Shown here piece by piece: positions 45,401 through 60,400 of a DNA stretch of 64,000 bases; positions within the stretch are counted from its first letter, which is position 1; the number at the start of each line of letters is the position of its first letter. The notes under the pieces were generated by a model that worked only from the letters and a program-made list of their open reading frames with translations, made no database searches and was not told where the DNA came from. The translations under genes were made by a program, and so were the position numbers. Origin of the DNA: the human T2T-CHM13v2.0 reference genome, Homo sapiens; assembly GCF_009914755.1 (NCBI RefSeq), contig NC_060928.1; one strand, given 5' to 3'.

Positions 45401-48400
45401 AGTATGTAAAACATACTTTGGGGAGTTTGATATTTTATGAACAGTATATAATACACATTTTGGGTACTTTGATATTTTATGTACGGTATATAATACATAC
45501 TTTGTGTACTTTGATATTTTATGTACAGTATATAATTCATACTTTGGGTACTTTGATATTTTATGTACAGTATATAATACATACTTTGGGTACTTTGATA
45601 TTTTATAAACAGTATATAATACATACTTTGGGTACTTTGATATTTTATGTACTGTATATAATACATACTTTGGGTACTTTTATATTTTATGTACAGTATA
45701 TAATATATAGTTTGGGTAATTTGATATTTTATGTACGGTATATACTACATACTTTGGGTACTTTGATATTTTATGTATAGTATATAATACATACTAAGCG
45801 CACTTTGATATTTTATGTACAGTATATAATACATACTTTGGTTACTCTGATATTTTATGTACAGTGTATAATACATACTTTGTGTACTTTGATATTTTTT
45901 CTATAGTATATAGTTTGAGTACTTTGATATTTTATGTACAGTTTTTTATAAATATTTGGGTGCTTTCATATTTTATGTACAGTATATAATACATACTAAG
46001 CGCACTTTAATATTTTATGTACAGTATATAATACATACTTTGGTTACTCTGATATTTTATGTACAGTGTATAATACATACTTTGGGTACTTTGATATTTT
46101 ATGTACAATATATAATACATACGTTGAGGACTTTGATATATTATGTACATTATATAATTCATACTTTGGGTACTTTGATATTTTATGTACAGTATATAAT
46201 ACATAGTTTGTGTACTTTGATATTTTATGTACAGTATATAATACATACTTTGGGTACTTTGATATTTTATATACAGTATATAATACATACTTTGGGTACT
46301 TTCATATTTTATGTACAGTATATAATATATAGTTTGGGTACTTTGATATTTTATCTACAGCTTATAATACATACTTTGGGTACTTTGATATTTTATGTAC
46401 ACTATATAATACATACTTTGGGTAGTTTGATATTTTATGTACAGTATACAATATATAGTTTGAGTACTTTGATATTTTATGTGCAGTATAAAATATATAG
46501 TTTTCGTACTTTGATATTTTATGTACAGTTTATAGTTTGAGTACTTTGATATTTTATGTACAGTTTATTATAAATGTTTGGGTACTTTCATATTTGATGT
46601 ACAGTATATAATACATAATTTGGGCACTTTGATATTTTATGTACAGTATATAATACATACTTTGGGTAGTTTTCTATTTTATGTACAGTATATAATACAT
46701 ACTTTGTTTACTTTGATATTTAATGTACAGTATATAATACACACTTTGCGTACTTTGATATTTTATGTAAAGCATGTAATACATAATTTGGGCAGTTTGA
46801 TATTTTATGTACAGTATGTAATACACACTTTGGGTACTTTGATATTTTATGTACAGTATGTAAAACATACTTTGGGTAGTTTGATATATTATGTACAGTA
46901 TATAATGCATACTTTGGGTACTCTGATATTTTATGTACAGTGTATAATACATACTTTGGGTACTTTGATATTTTATGTACAGTACATAATACATACATTG
47001 GGTACTTTGATATATTATGTACAGTATATAATACTTACTTGGGGTACTTTGATATTTTATGTACAGTATATAATACATAGTTTGTGTACTTTGATATTTT
47101 ATGTACAGTATATAATACATACTTTGGGTACTTTGATATTTTATGTACAGTATATAATACATACTTTGGGTATCTTGATATTTTATGTACAGTATATAAT
47201 GCATAATTTGGGTACTTTGATATTTTATGTACAGTATATAATGCATACTTTGAGTACTTTGATATTTTATGTACAGTATGTAATACATACTTTGGGTACT
47301 TTGATATTTTATGTATAGTATATTATACATACTTTGTGTAGTTTGATATTTTATGTACACTATACAATATATAGTTTGAGTACTTTGATATTTTATGTCC
47401 AGTATAAAATATATAGTTTTCCTAATTGATATTTTATGTACAGAATATAGTTTGAGTACTTTGATATTTTATGTACAGTATATAGTTTGAGTACTTTGAT
47501 ATTTAATGTTCAGTTTATTATAAATGTTTGGGTGCTTTCATATTTTATATACAGTATATAATACATACTTTGGGCACTTTGATATTTTCTGTACAGTATA
47601 TAATACATACTTTGGGTACTTTGATATTTTATGTACGGTATATAATACATACATTGGGTACTTTGATATTTTATGTAAAGTATATAATATATAGTTTGGT
47701 TAGTTTGATATTTTATGTACAGTATATAATATATATTATGTGTACTTTGATATATTATGTACAGTATATAATATATAGTATGGGTTGTTTGATATTTTAT
47801 GTACAGTATATAATATATAGTTTGGGTAGTTTGATATTTTTAGTACAGTATGTAATATATAGTTTGTTTTATTTGATATTTTATGTACAGTATACAATAT
47901 ATAGTATTGGTACTTTGATATTTCATGTAAAGTATATAGTTTGAGTACTTTGATATTTTATATGCAGTTTATTATAAATGTTTGGGTACCTTCATATTTT
48001 ATGTACAGTATATAATACATACTTTGGGAACTTTTATTTTATGTGCAGTATATAATACATACTTTGGGTACTTTGATGTTTCATGTACAGTATATAATAC
48101 ACACTTTGGGTACTTTGATATTTTATGTACAGTATATAATACATACTTTGGGTACTTTGATATTTCATGCACAGTATACAATATATAGTTTGAGTACTTT
48201 GATATTTTATGTACTGTATAAAATATATAGTTTTGGTACTTTGATATTTTATGTACAGTATATAGTTTGAGTACTTTGATATTTTATGTACAGTTTGTTA
48301 TAAATGTTTGGGTGCTTTCATATTTTATGTACAGTATATAATACATACTTTGGGCACTTTGATATCTTATGTACAGTATATAATACATACTTTGGGTTCT

Positions 48401-51400
48401 CTGATATTTTCTGTAGAGTGTATAATACATAATTTGGGTACTTTGATATTTTATGTACAGCATATAATACATACGTTGGGTACTTTGATATATTATGTAC
48501 AGTATATAATACATACTTTGGGTACTTTGATATTTTAAGTACAGTATATAATCCATAGTTTGTGTACTTTTACATTTTATGTACAGTATATAATACATAC
48601 TTTGGGTACTTTTATATTTTATGTACAGTATATAATACATACTTTGGGTACTTTCATGTTTTATGTACAGTATATAATATATAGTTTGGGTACTTTGATA
48701 TTTTATCTACAGCTTATAATACTTACTTTGGGTAATTTGATATTTTATGTACAGTATATAATACATACTTTGGGTAGTTTGATATTTTATGTACAGTATA
48801 CAATATATAGTTTGAGTACTTTGATATTTTATGTGCAGTATAAAATATATAGTGTTGGTATTTTGATGTTTTATGTACAGTATATATTTTGAGTACTTTG
48901 ATATTTTGTGTACAGTTTATTATAAATGTTTGGGTACTTTCATATTTGATGTACAGTATACAATACATAATTTGGGCACTTTGATATTTTATGTACAGTA
49001 TATAATACATACTTTGGGTACTTTTATATTTTATGTACAGTATATAATACATACTTTGGGTACTTTGATATTTTATGTACAGTATATAATACATACTTTG
49101 GGTACTTTGATATTTTATGTACAGTATATAATACATACTTTCGGTACTTTGATATTTTATGAACAGTATATAATATATAGTTTGGGTACTTTGATAATTT
49201 ATGTACAGTGTATAACACATACTTTGGGTACTTTGATATTTTATGTACAGTATATAATACATACCTTGGGTACTTTTATATTTTATGTACAGTATATAAT
49301 ACATACTTTGGGTACTTTCATATTTCATGTACAGTTTATAATATATAGTTTGGGTACTTTGGTATATTATGTACTGTATATAATACATACTTTGGGTACT
49401 TAGATATTTTATGTACAGTATATAATACATACTTTGGGTACTTTGATATTTTATGTACAGTATACAATATATACTTTGACTATTTTGATATTTTATGTCC
49501 AGTATAGAATATATAGTTTTGGTAGTTTGATATTTTATGTACAGTATATAGTTTGAGTACATTGATATTTTATGTACACTTTATTATAAATGTTTGGATA
49601 CTTTCATATTTTATGTACAGTATATAATACATACTTTGGGCACTTTGATATTTTATGTACAGTATACAATACATACTTTGGGTAATTTGATATTTTATGT
49701 ACAGTATATAATACATACATTGGGTACTTTGATATTTTATGTACAGTATATAATATACAGTTAGGGTACTTTGATATTTTATATACAGTATATAATATAT
49801 ATTATGTGTACTTTGATATATTATGTACAGTATATAATATATAGTTTGGGTAATTTGATATTTTATGTACAGTATACAATATATAGTATTGGTACTTTGA
49901 TATTTCATGTAAAGTATATAGTTTGAGTACTTTGATATTTTATATACAGTTTATTATAAATGTTTGGGTACCTTCATATTTTATGTACAGTATATAATAC
50001 ATACTTTGGGAACTTTTATTTTATGTGCAGTATATAATACATACTTTGGGTACTTTGATATTTTATGTACAGTATATAATACACACTTTGGGTACTTTGA
50101 TATTTTATGTACAGTATATAATACACACTTTGGGGACTTTGATATTTTATGTACAGTATATAATACATACTTTGGGTACTTTGATGTATTATGTACAGTA
50201 TATAATACATACTTTGGGTACTTTGATATTTTATGTACAGTATATAATACATACTTTGGGTACTTTGATATTTTATCTACAGTATATAATACATACTATG
50301 GGTACTTTAATATTTTATGTATAGTATATAATACCTACTTTGGGTAATTTGATATTTTGTGGACAGTATATAATACATGCTTTGGGTAAGTTGATATTTT
50401 ATGTACAGTATATAATATATAGTTTGGGTACTTTGATATTTTATATACAGTATATAATACATACTTTGGGTACTTTGATATTTTTTGTACAGTATATAAA
50501 ACATACTTTGGGGAGTTTGATATTTTATGAACAGTATATAATACACATTTTGGGTACTTTGATATTTTATGTACAGTATATAATACATACTTTGGGTACT
50601 TTGATATTTTACGTACAGTATATAATACATACGTTGGGTACTTTGATATTTTATGTACAGTATATAATACATACATTGGATACTTCGATATTTTATGTGC
50701 AGTACCGTATATATAGTTTGGGTATTTTGATATTTTATGTCGAGTATAAAATAAATAGTTTTGTTACTTTGATATTTTATGTACAGGTTATAGTTTGAGT
50801 ACTTTGATATTTAATGTTCAGTTTATTATAAATGTTTGGGTGCTTTCATATTTTATATACAGTATATAATACATACTTTGGGCACCTTGATATTTTATGT
50901 ACAGTATATAATACATACTTTGAGTACTTTGATATTTTATGTACGGGATATAATACATACATTGGGTACTTTGATATTTTATGTACAGTATATAATATAT
51001 AGTTTGGGTACTTTGATATTTTATATACAGTATATAATATATATTATGTGTACTTTGATATATTCTGTGCAGTATATAATATATAGTTTGGGTTGTTTGA
51101 TATTTTATGTACAGTATATAATATATAGTTTGGGTAGTTTGATATTTTAAGTACAGTATGTAATATATAGTTTGTGTTATTTGATATTTTATGTACAGTA
51201 TACAATATATAGTACTGGTACTTTGATATTTCATGTAAAGTATATAGTTTGAGTACTTTGATATTTTATATACAGTTTATTATAAATGTTTGGGTACCTT
51301 CATATTTTATGTACAGTATATAATACATACTTTGGGAACTTTTATTTTATGTGCAGTATATAATACATACTTTGGGTACTTTGATATTTTTATGTACAGT

Positions 51401-54400
51401 ATATAATACACACTTTGGGTACTTTGATATTTTATGTACAGTATATAATACACACTTTGGGTAGTTTGATATTTTATGTACAGTATATAATACATACTTT
51501 GGGTACTTTGATGTATTATGTACAGTATATAATACATACTTTGGGTACTTTGATATTTTATGTACAGTATATAATACATACTTTGGGTACTTTCATATTT
51601 CATGTACAGTATATAATATATAGTTTGGGTACTTTGGTATATTATGTACTGTATATAATACATACTTTGAGTACTTTGATATTTTATGTACAGTATATAA
51701 TACACACTTTGGGTACTTTGATATTTTATGTACAGTATATAATACACACTTTGGGTACTTTGATATTTTATGTACAGTATATAATACATACTTTGGGTAC
51801 TTTGATGTATTATGTACAGTATATAATACATACTTTGGGTACTTTGATATTTTATGTACAGTATATAATACATACTTTGGGTACTTTGATATTTTATGTA
51901 CAGTATGTAATACACACTTTGGGTACTTTGATATTTTATGTACAGTATGTAAAACATACTTTGGGTAGTTTGATATATTATGTACAGTATATAATACATA
52001 CTTTGGGTACTCTGATATTTTATGTACAGTGTATAATACATACTTTGGGTACTTTGATATTTTATGTACAGTATATAATACATACATTGGGTACTTTGAT
52101 ATATTATGTACAGTATATAATACTTACTTGGGGTATCTTGATATTTTATGTACAGTATATAATGCATACTTTGGGTACTTTGATATTTTATGTACACTAT
52201 ATAATGCATACTTTGAGTACTTTGATATTTTATGTACAGTATGTAATACATACTTTGGGTACTTTGATATTTTATGTATAGTATATAATACATACTTTGT
52301 GTAGTTTGATATTTTATGTACAGTATACAATATATAGTTTGAGTACTTTGATATTTTATGTCCAGTATAAAATATATAGTTTTCCTAATTGATATTTTAT
52401 GTACAGAATATAGTTTGAGTACTTTGATATTTTATGTACACTTTATTATAAATGTTTGGGTACTTTCATATTTTATGTACAGTATATAATACATACTTTG
52501 GTCTCTTTGATGTTTTATGTACAGTATATAATACATACTTTGGGTTCTTTGATATTTTATGTGCAGAATATAATGCATAGTTTTAGGTAATTTTATATTT
52601 TATGTACAGAATATAATACATACTTTGGGTACTTTGATATTTTATGTACAGTATATAATACATACTTCGTGTACTTTGATATTTTATGTACAGTATATAA
52701 TACATATTATTGGTACTTTGATATTTTATGTACAGTATACAATATATAGTTTGAGTACTTTGATATTTTATGTCCAGTATAAAATACATAGATTTCATAC
52801 TTTGATATTTTATGTACAGAATATAGTTTGAGTACTTTGATATTTTATGTACACTTTATCATAAAAGTTTGGGTACTTTCATATTTTACGTACAGTATAT
52901 AATACATACTTTGGGCACTTTGATGTTTTATGTACAGTATATAATACATACTTTGGGTTCTTTGACATGTTATGTACAGCATATAGTACATAATTTGGGG
53001 ACTTTTATATTTTATGTACATTATATAATACATACTTTGGGTACTTTTATATTTTATGTACGGTATATAATACATACTTTGGGTACTTTGATATATTATG
53101 TACAGTATATAATACATACTTTGGGTACTTTGATATATTATGTACAGTATATAATACATACTTAGGGTACTTTGACATTTTATGTACAGTACATAATACA
53201 TACTTTCGGTACTTTGATATTTTATGTACAGTATATAATACATACTTTGGGTACTTTGATATTTTATGTACAGTATATAATACATGTTTTGGGTACTTTT
53301 ACATTTTATGTACAGTACATAATATATAGTTTGGGTACTTTGATATTTTATGTACGGTATATAATACATACTTTGGGTACTTTGATATTTTATGTACAGT
53401 ATATAATACATACTTTGGGTACTTTGATATTTTATGTACAGTATATAATACATACTTTGGGTACTTTGATATTTAATGTACAGTATATAATACACACTTT
53501 GCGTACTTTGATATTTTATGTAAAGTATGTAATACATACTTCGGGTACTTTGATATTTTATGTACAGTATGTAATACACGCTTTGGGTACTTTGATATTT
53601 TATGTAGAGTATGTAAAACATACTTTGGGTAGTTTGTTATTTTATGATCAGTATATAATACATATTTTGGGTACTTTGATATTTTATGTACAGTATATAA
53701 TACATACTTTGGGTACTTTGATATTTTATGTACAGTATATAATGCATAATTTGGGTACTTCAATAGTTTATGCACAGTATATAATACATACTTTGGGTAA
53801 TTTGATATTTTATGTACAGTATATAATGCATACTTTGGGTACTTTGATAGTTTATGTACAGTATACAATACATACTTTGGGTACTTTGATATTTTATGTA
53901 CAGTATATAATATGTAGTTTGGGTACTTTGATATTTTAACTACAGTATATAATACATACTTTGGGTACTTTGATATTTTATCTACAGTATATAATAGATA
54001 CTTTGGGTACTTTGATATATTATGTACAGTATATAATACATAGTTTGGTTACTTTGATATTTTTTGTACAGTATGTAAAACATACTTTGGGGAGTTTGAT
54101 ATTTTATGAACAGTATATAATACACATTTTGGGTACTTTGATATTTTATGTACGGTATATAATACATACTTTGGGTACTTTGATATTTTATGTACAGTAT
54201 ATAATTCATACTTTGGGTACTTTGATATTTTATGTACAGTATATAATACATACATTGGGTACTTCGATATTTTATGTGCAGTACCCTATATATAGTTTGG
54301 GTACTTTGATATTTTATGTCCAGTATAAAATAAATAGTTTTGGTACTTTGATATTTTATGTACAGTATATAGTTTGAGTACTTTGATATTTAATGTTCAG

Positions 54401-57400
54401 TTTATTATAAATGTTTGGGTGCTTTCATATTTTATATACAGTATATAATACATACTTTGGGCACTTTGATATTTTCTGTACAGTATATAATACATACTTT
54501 GGGTACTTTGATATTTTATGTACGGTATATAATACATACATTGGGTACTTTGATATTTTATGTAAAGTATATAATATATAGTTTGGTTACTTTGATATTT
54601 TATATACAGTATATAATATATATTATGTGTACTTTGATATATTATGTACAGTATATAATATATAGTATGGGTTGTTTGATATTTTATGTACAGTATATAA
54701 TATATAGTTTGGGTAGTTTGATATTTTTAGTACAGTATGTAATATATAGTTTGTTTTATTTGATATTTTATGTACAGTATACAATATATAGTATTGGTAC
54801 TTTGATATTTCATGTAAAGTATATAGTTTGAGTACTTTGATATTTTATATGCAGTTTATTATAAATGTTTGGGTACCTTCATATTTTATGTACAGTATAT
54901 AATACATACTTTGGGAACTTTTATTTTATGTGCAGTATATAATACATACTTTGGGTACTTTGATATTTCATGTACAGTATATAATACACACTTTGGGTAC
55001 TTTGATATTTTATGTACAGTATATAATACACACTTTGGGTAGTTTGATATTTTATGTACAGTATATAATACATACTTTGGGTACTTTGATGTATTATGTA
55101 CAGTATATAATACATACTTTGGGTACTTTGATATTTTATGTACAGTATATAATACATACTTTGGGTACTTTGATATTTTATGTACAGTATGTAATACATA
55201 ATTTGGGTACTTTAATATTTTATGTATAGTATATAATACTTACTTTGGGTACTTTGATATTTTATGGACAGTGTATAATACATACTTTGGGTTCTTTGAT
55301 ATTTTATGTACAGTATATAACATATAGTTTGGGTACTTTGATATTTTATATACAGTATATAATACATACTTTGGGTACTTTGATATTTTATGTACAGTAT
55401 ATAATACATACTTTGGGTACTTTGATATTTCATGCACAGTATACAATATATAGTTTGAGTACTTTGATATTTTATGTACTGAATAAAATATATAGTTTTC
55501 GTACTTTGATATTTTATGTACAGTATATAGTTTGAGTACGTTGATATTTTATGAACAGTTTGTTATAAATGTTTGGGTGCTTTCATATTTTATGTACAGT
55601 ATATAATACATACTTTGGGCACTTTGATATCTTATGTACAGTATATAATACATACTTTGGGTTCTCTGATATTTTCTGTACAGTGTATAATACATAATTT
55701 GGGTACTTTGATATTTTATGTACAGCATATAATACATACGTTGGGTACTTTGATATATTATGTACAGTATATAATACATACTTTGGGTACTTTGATATTT
55801 TATGTACAGTATATAATCCATAGTTTGTGTACTTTTATATTTTATGTACAGTATATAATACATACTTTGGGTACTTTGATATTTTATGTACAGTACATAA
55901 TACATACTTTGGGTACTTTCATGTTTTATGTACAGTATATAATATATAGTTTGGGTACTTTGATATTTTATCTACAGCTTATAATATTTACTTTGGGTAA
56001 TTTGATATTTTATGTACAGTATATAATACATACTTTGGGTAGTTTGATATTTTATGTACAGTATACAATATATAGTTTGAGTACTTTGATATTTTATGTG
56101 CAGTATAAAATATATAGTGTTGGTACTTTGATGTTTTATGTACAGTATATATTTTGAGTACTTTGATATTTTGTGTACAGTTTATTATAAATGTTTGGGT
56201 ACTTTCATATTTGATGTACAGTATATAATACATAATTTGGGCACTTTGATATTTTATGTACAGTATATAATACATACTTTGGGTACTTTTATATTTTATG
56301 TACAGTATATAATACATACTCTGGGCACTTTGATATTTAATGTACAGTATATAATACACACTTTGCGTACTTTGATATTTTATGTAACGTATGTAATACA
56401 TACTTTGGGTAGTTTGATATTTTATGTACAGTATGTAATACACACTTTGGGTAATTTGATATTTTATGTACAGTATGTAAAACATACTTTGGGTAGTTTG
56501 ATATATTATGTACAGTATATAATACATACTTTGGGTACTCTGATATTTTATGTACAGTGTATAATACATACTTTGGGTACTTTGATATTTTATGTACAGT
56601 ATATAATACATACATTGGGTACTTTGATATATTATGTACAGTATATAATACTTACTTGGGGTATCTTGATATTTTATGTACAGTATATAATGCATACTTT
56701 GGGTACTTTGATATTTTATGTACAGTATATAATGCATACTTTGAGTACTTTGATATTTTATGTACAGTATGTAATACATACTATGGGTACTTTGATATTT
56801 TATGTATAGTATATAATACATACTTTGTGTAGTTTGATATTTTATGTACAGTATACAATATATAGTTTGAGTACTTTGATATTTTATGTCCAGTATAAAA
56901 TATATAGTTTTCCTAATTGATATTTTATGTACAGAATATAGTTTGAGTACTTTGATATTTTATGTACACTTTATTATAAATGTTTGGGTAATTTCATATT
57001 TTATGTACAGTATATAATACATACTTTGGTCTCTTTGATGTTTTATGTACAGTATATAATACATACTTTGTGTTCTTTGATATTTTATGTGCAGAATATA
57101 ATGCATAGTTTTAGGTACTTTTATATTTTATGTACAGTATATAATACATACTTTGGGTACTTTGATATTTTATGTACAGTATATAATACATACTTTGGGT
57201 ACTTTGATATTTTATGTACAGTATATAATACATATTATTGGTACTTTGATATTTTATGTACAGTATACAATATATAGTTTGAGTACTTTGATATTTTATG
57301 TCCAGTATAAAATACATAGATTTCATACTTTGATATTTTATGTACAGAATATAGTTTGAGTACTTTGATATTTTATGTACACTTTATCATAAAAGTTTGG

Positions 57401-60400
57401 GTACTTTCATATTTTACGTACAGTATTTAATACATACTTTGGGCACTTTGATGTTTTATGTACAGTATATAATACATACTTTGGGTTCTTTGATATGTTA
57501 TGTACAGCATATAGTACATAATTTGGGGACTTTTATATTTTATGTACATTATATAATACATAATTTGGGGACTTTTATATTTTATGTACATTATATTATA
57601 CATACTTTGGGTACTTTTATATTTTATGTACGGTATATAATACACACTTTGGGTACTTTGATATATTATGTACAGTATATAATACATACTTTGGGTACTT
57701 TGATATATTATGTACAGTATATAATACATACTAAGGGTACTTTGACATTTTATGTACAGTACATAATACATACTTTGGGTACTTTGATATTTTATGTACA
57801 GTATATAATGCATACTTTGGATACTATGATATTTTATATACAGTATATAATACATACTTTGGGTACTTTTATATTTTATGTACAGTATATAATATATAGT
57901 TTGGGTACTTTGATATTTTATGTACGGTATATAATACATACTTTGGGTACTTTGATATTTTATGTACAGTATATAATACATACTTTGGGTACTCTGATAT
58001 TTTATGTACAGTATACAATATATAGTTTGAATACTTTGATATTTTATGTACTGTATAAAATATATAGTTTTCGTACTTTGATATTTTATGTACAATATAT
58101 AGTTTGAGTACTTTGATATTTTATGTACAGTTTTTTATAAATGTTTCGGTGCTTTCATATTTTATGTACAGTATATAATACATACAAAGGGCACTTTGAT
58201 ATTTTATGTACAGTATATAATACATACTTTGGGTACTCTGATATTTTATGTACAGTGTATAATACATACTTTGGGTACTTTGATATTTTATGTACAATAT
58301 ATAATACATACGTTGGGAACTTTGTTATATTATGTACAGTATATAATACATACTTTGGGTACTTTGATATTTTATCTACAGTATACAACACATAGTTTGT
58401 GTACTTTGATATTTTAGGTACAGTATATAATACATACTTTGGGTACTTTGATATTTTATGTACAGTATATAATACATACATTGGGTACTTTCATATTTTA
58501 TGTACAGTATATAATATATAGTTTGGTTACTTTGATATTTCATCTACAGCTTATAATACATACTTTGGATACTTTGATACTTTATGTACAGTATATAATA
58601 CATAATTTGGGTACTTTGTTATTTTATGTACAGTATACAATATATAGTTTGAGTACTTTGATATTTTATGTGCAGTATAAAATATATAGTTTTGGTACTT
58701 TCATATTTTATGTACAGTATATAGTTTGAATACTTTGATATTTTATGTACAGTTTTTTATAAATGTTTGGGTGCTTTCATATTTTATGTACAGTATATAA
58801 TACATACTAAGGGCACTTTGATATTTTATGTACAGTATATAATACATACCTTGGGTACTTTGATATTTTATGTACAGTATATAATACATAGTTTGGGTAT
58901 TTTGATACTTTATGTACAGTATATAATACATACTTTGGGTACTTTGATATTTTATGTACAGTATATAATACATACTTTGGGAACTTTGATATTTTATGTA
59001 CAGTATGTAGAACATACTTTGGGTACTTTGATATTTTATGTACAGGATATAATGCATACTTTGGGTACTTTGATAGTTTATGTACAGTATATAATACATA
59101 CTTTGGGTACTTTGATATTTTATGTATAGTATAAAATATATAGTTTGGGTACTTTGATATTTTATGTACAGTATGTAAAACATACTTTGGGGAGTTTGAT
59201 ATTTTATGTACAGTATGTAAAACATACTTTGGGGAGTTTGATATTTTATGAACAGTATATAATACACATTTTGTGTACTTTGATATTTTATGTAAAGTAT
59301 ATAATACATACTTTGGGTACTTTGATATTTTATGTACAGTATATATTACATACTTTGGGTACTTTGATATTTTATGTACAGTATACAATATATAGTTTGA
59401 GTACTTTGATATTTTATGTACTGTATAAAATATATAGTTTTGGTACTTTGATATTTTATGTACAGTATATAGTTTGAGTACTTTGATATTTTATGTACAG
59501 TTTGTTATAAATATTTTGGTGCTTTCATATTTTATGTACTGTATATAATACATGCTTTGGGCACTTTGATATTTTATGTACAGTATATAATACATACTTT
59601 GGGTAATCTGATATTTTATGTACAGTGTATAATATATACTTTGGGTACTTTGATATTTTATGTACACTATATAATACATACTATTGGTACTTTGATATTT
59701 TATGTACAGTATACAATATATAGTTTGAGTACTTTGATATTTTATGTCCAGTATAAAATATACAGATTTCGTACTTTGATATTTTATGTACAGAATATAG
59801 TTTGAGTACTTTGATATTTTATGTACACTTTATTATAAAAGTTTGGGTACTTTCATATTTTACGTACAGTATATAATACATACTTTGGGCACTTTGATGT
59901 TTTATGCACAGTATATAATACATACTTTGGGTACTTTTATATTTTATGTACAGTATATAATACATAGTTTGGGTACTTTGATATTTAATATACAGTATAT
60001 AATGCACACTTTGCGTACTTTGATATTTTATGTAAAGTATGTAATACATACTTTGGGTAGTTTGATATTTTATGTACAGTATGTAATACACACTTTGGGT
60101 ACTTTGATATTTTATGTACAGTATGTAAAACATACTTTGGGTAGTTTGATATATTATGATCAGTATATAATACACATTTTGGGTACTTTGATATTTTATG
60201 TACAGTGTATAATACATACTTTGGGTACTTTGATATTTTATGTACAGGATATAATGCATACTTTGGGTACTTTGATAGTTTATGTACAGTATATAATACT
60301 TACTTTGGGTACTTTGATATTTTATATATAGTATAAAATATATAGTTTGGGTAGTTTGATACTTTAAGTATAGTATATGATACATATTTTTAGTACTTAG

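Noticed and set aside
51387-51391. The 1-bp T insertion as a biologically meaningful event
   Set aside because: It is a single homopolymer-length change (T4 to T5) that may be a sequencing or consensus error. I used it only to track the offset shift from 36,475 to 36,476.
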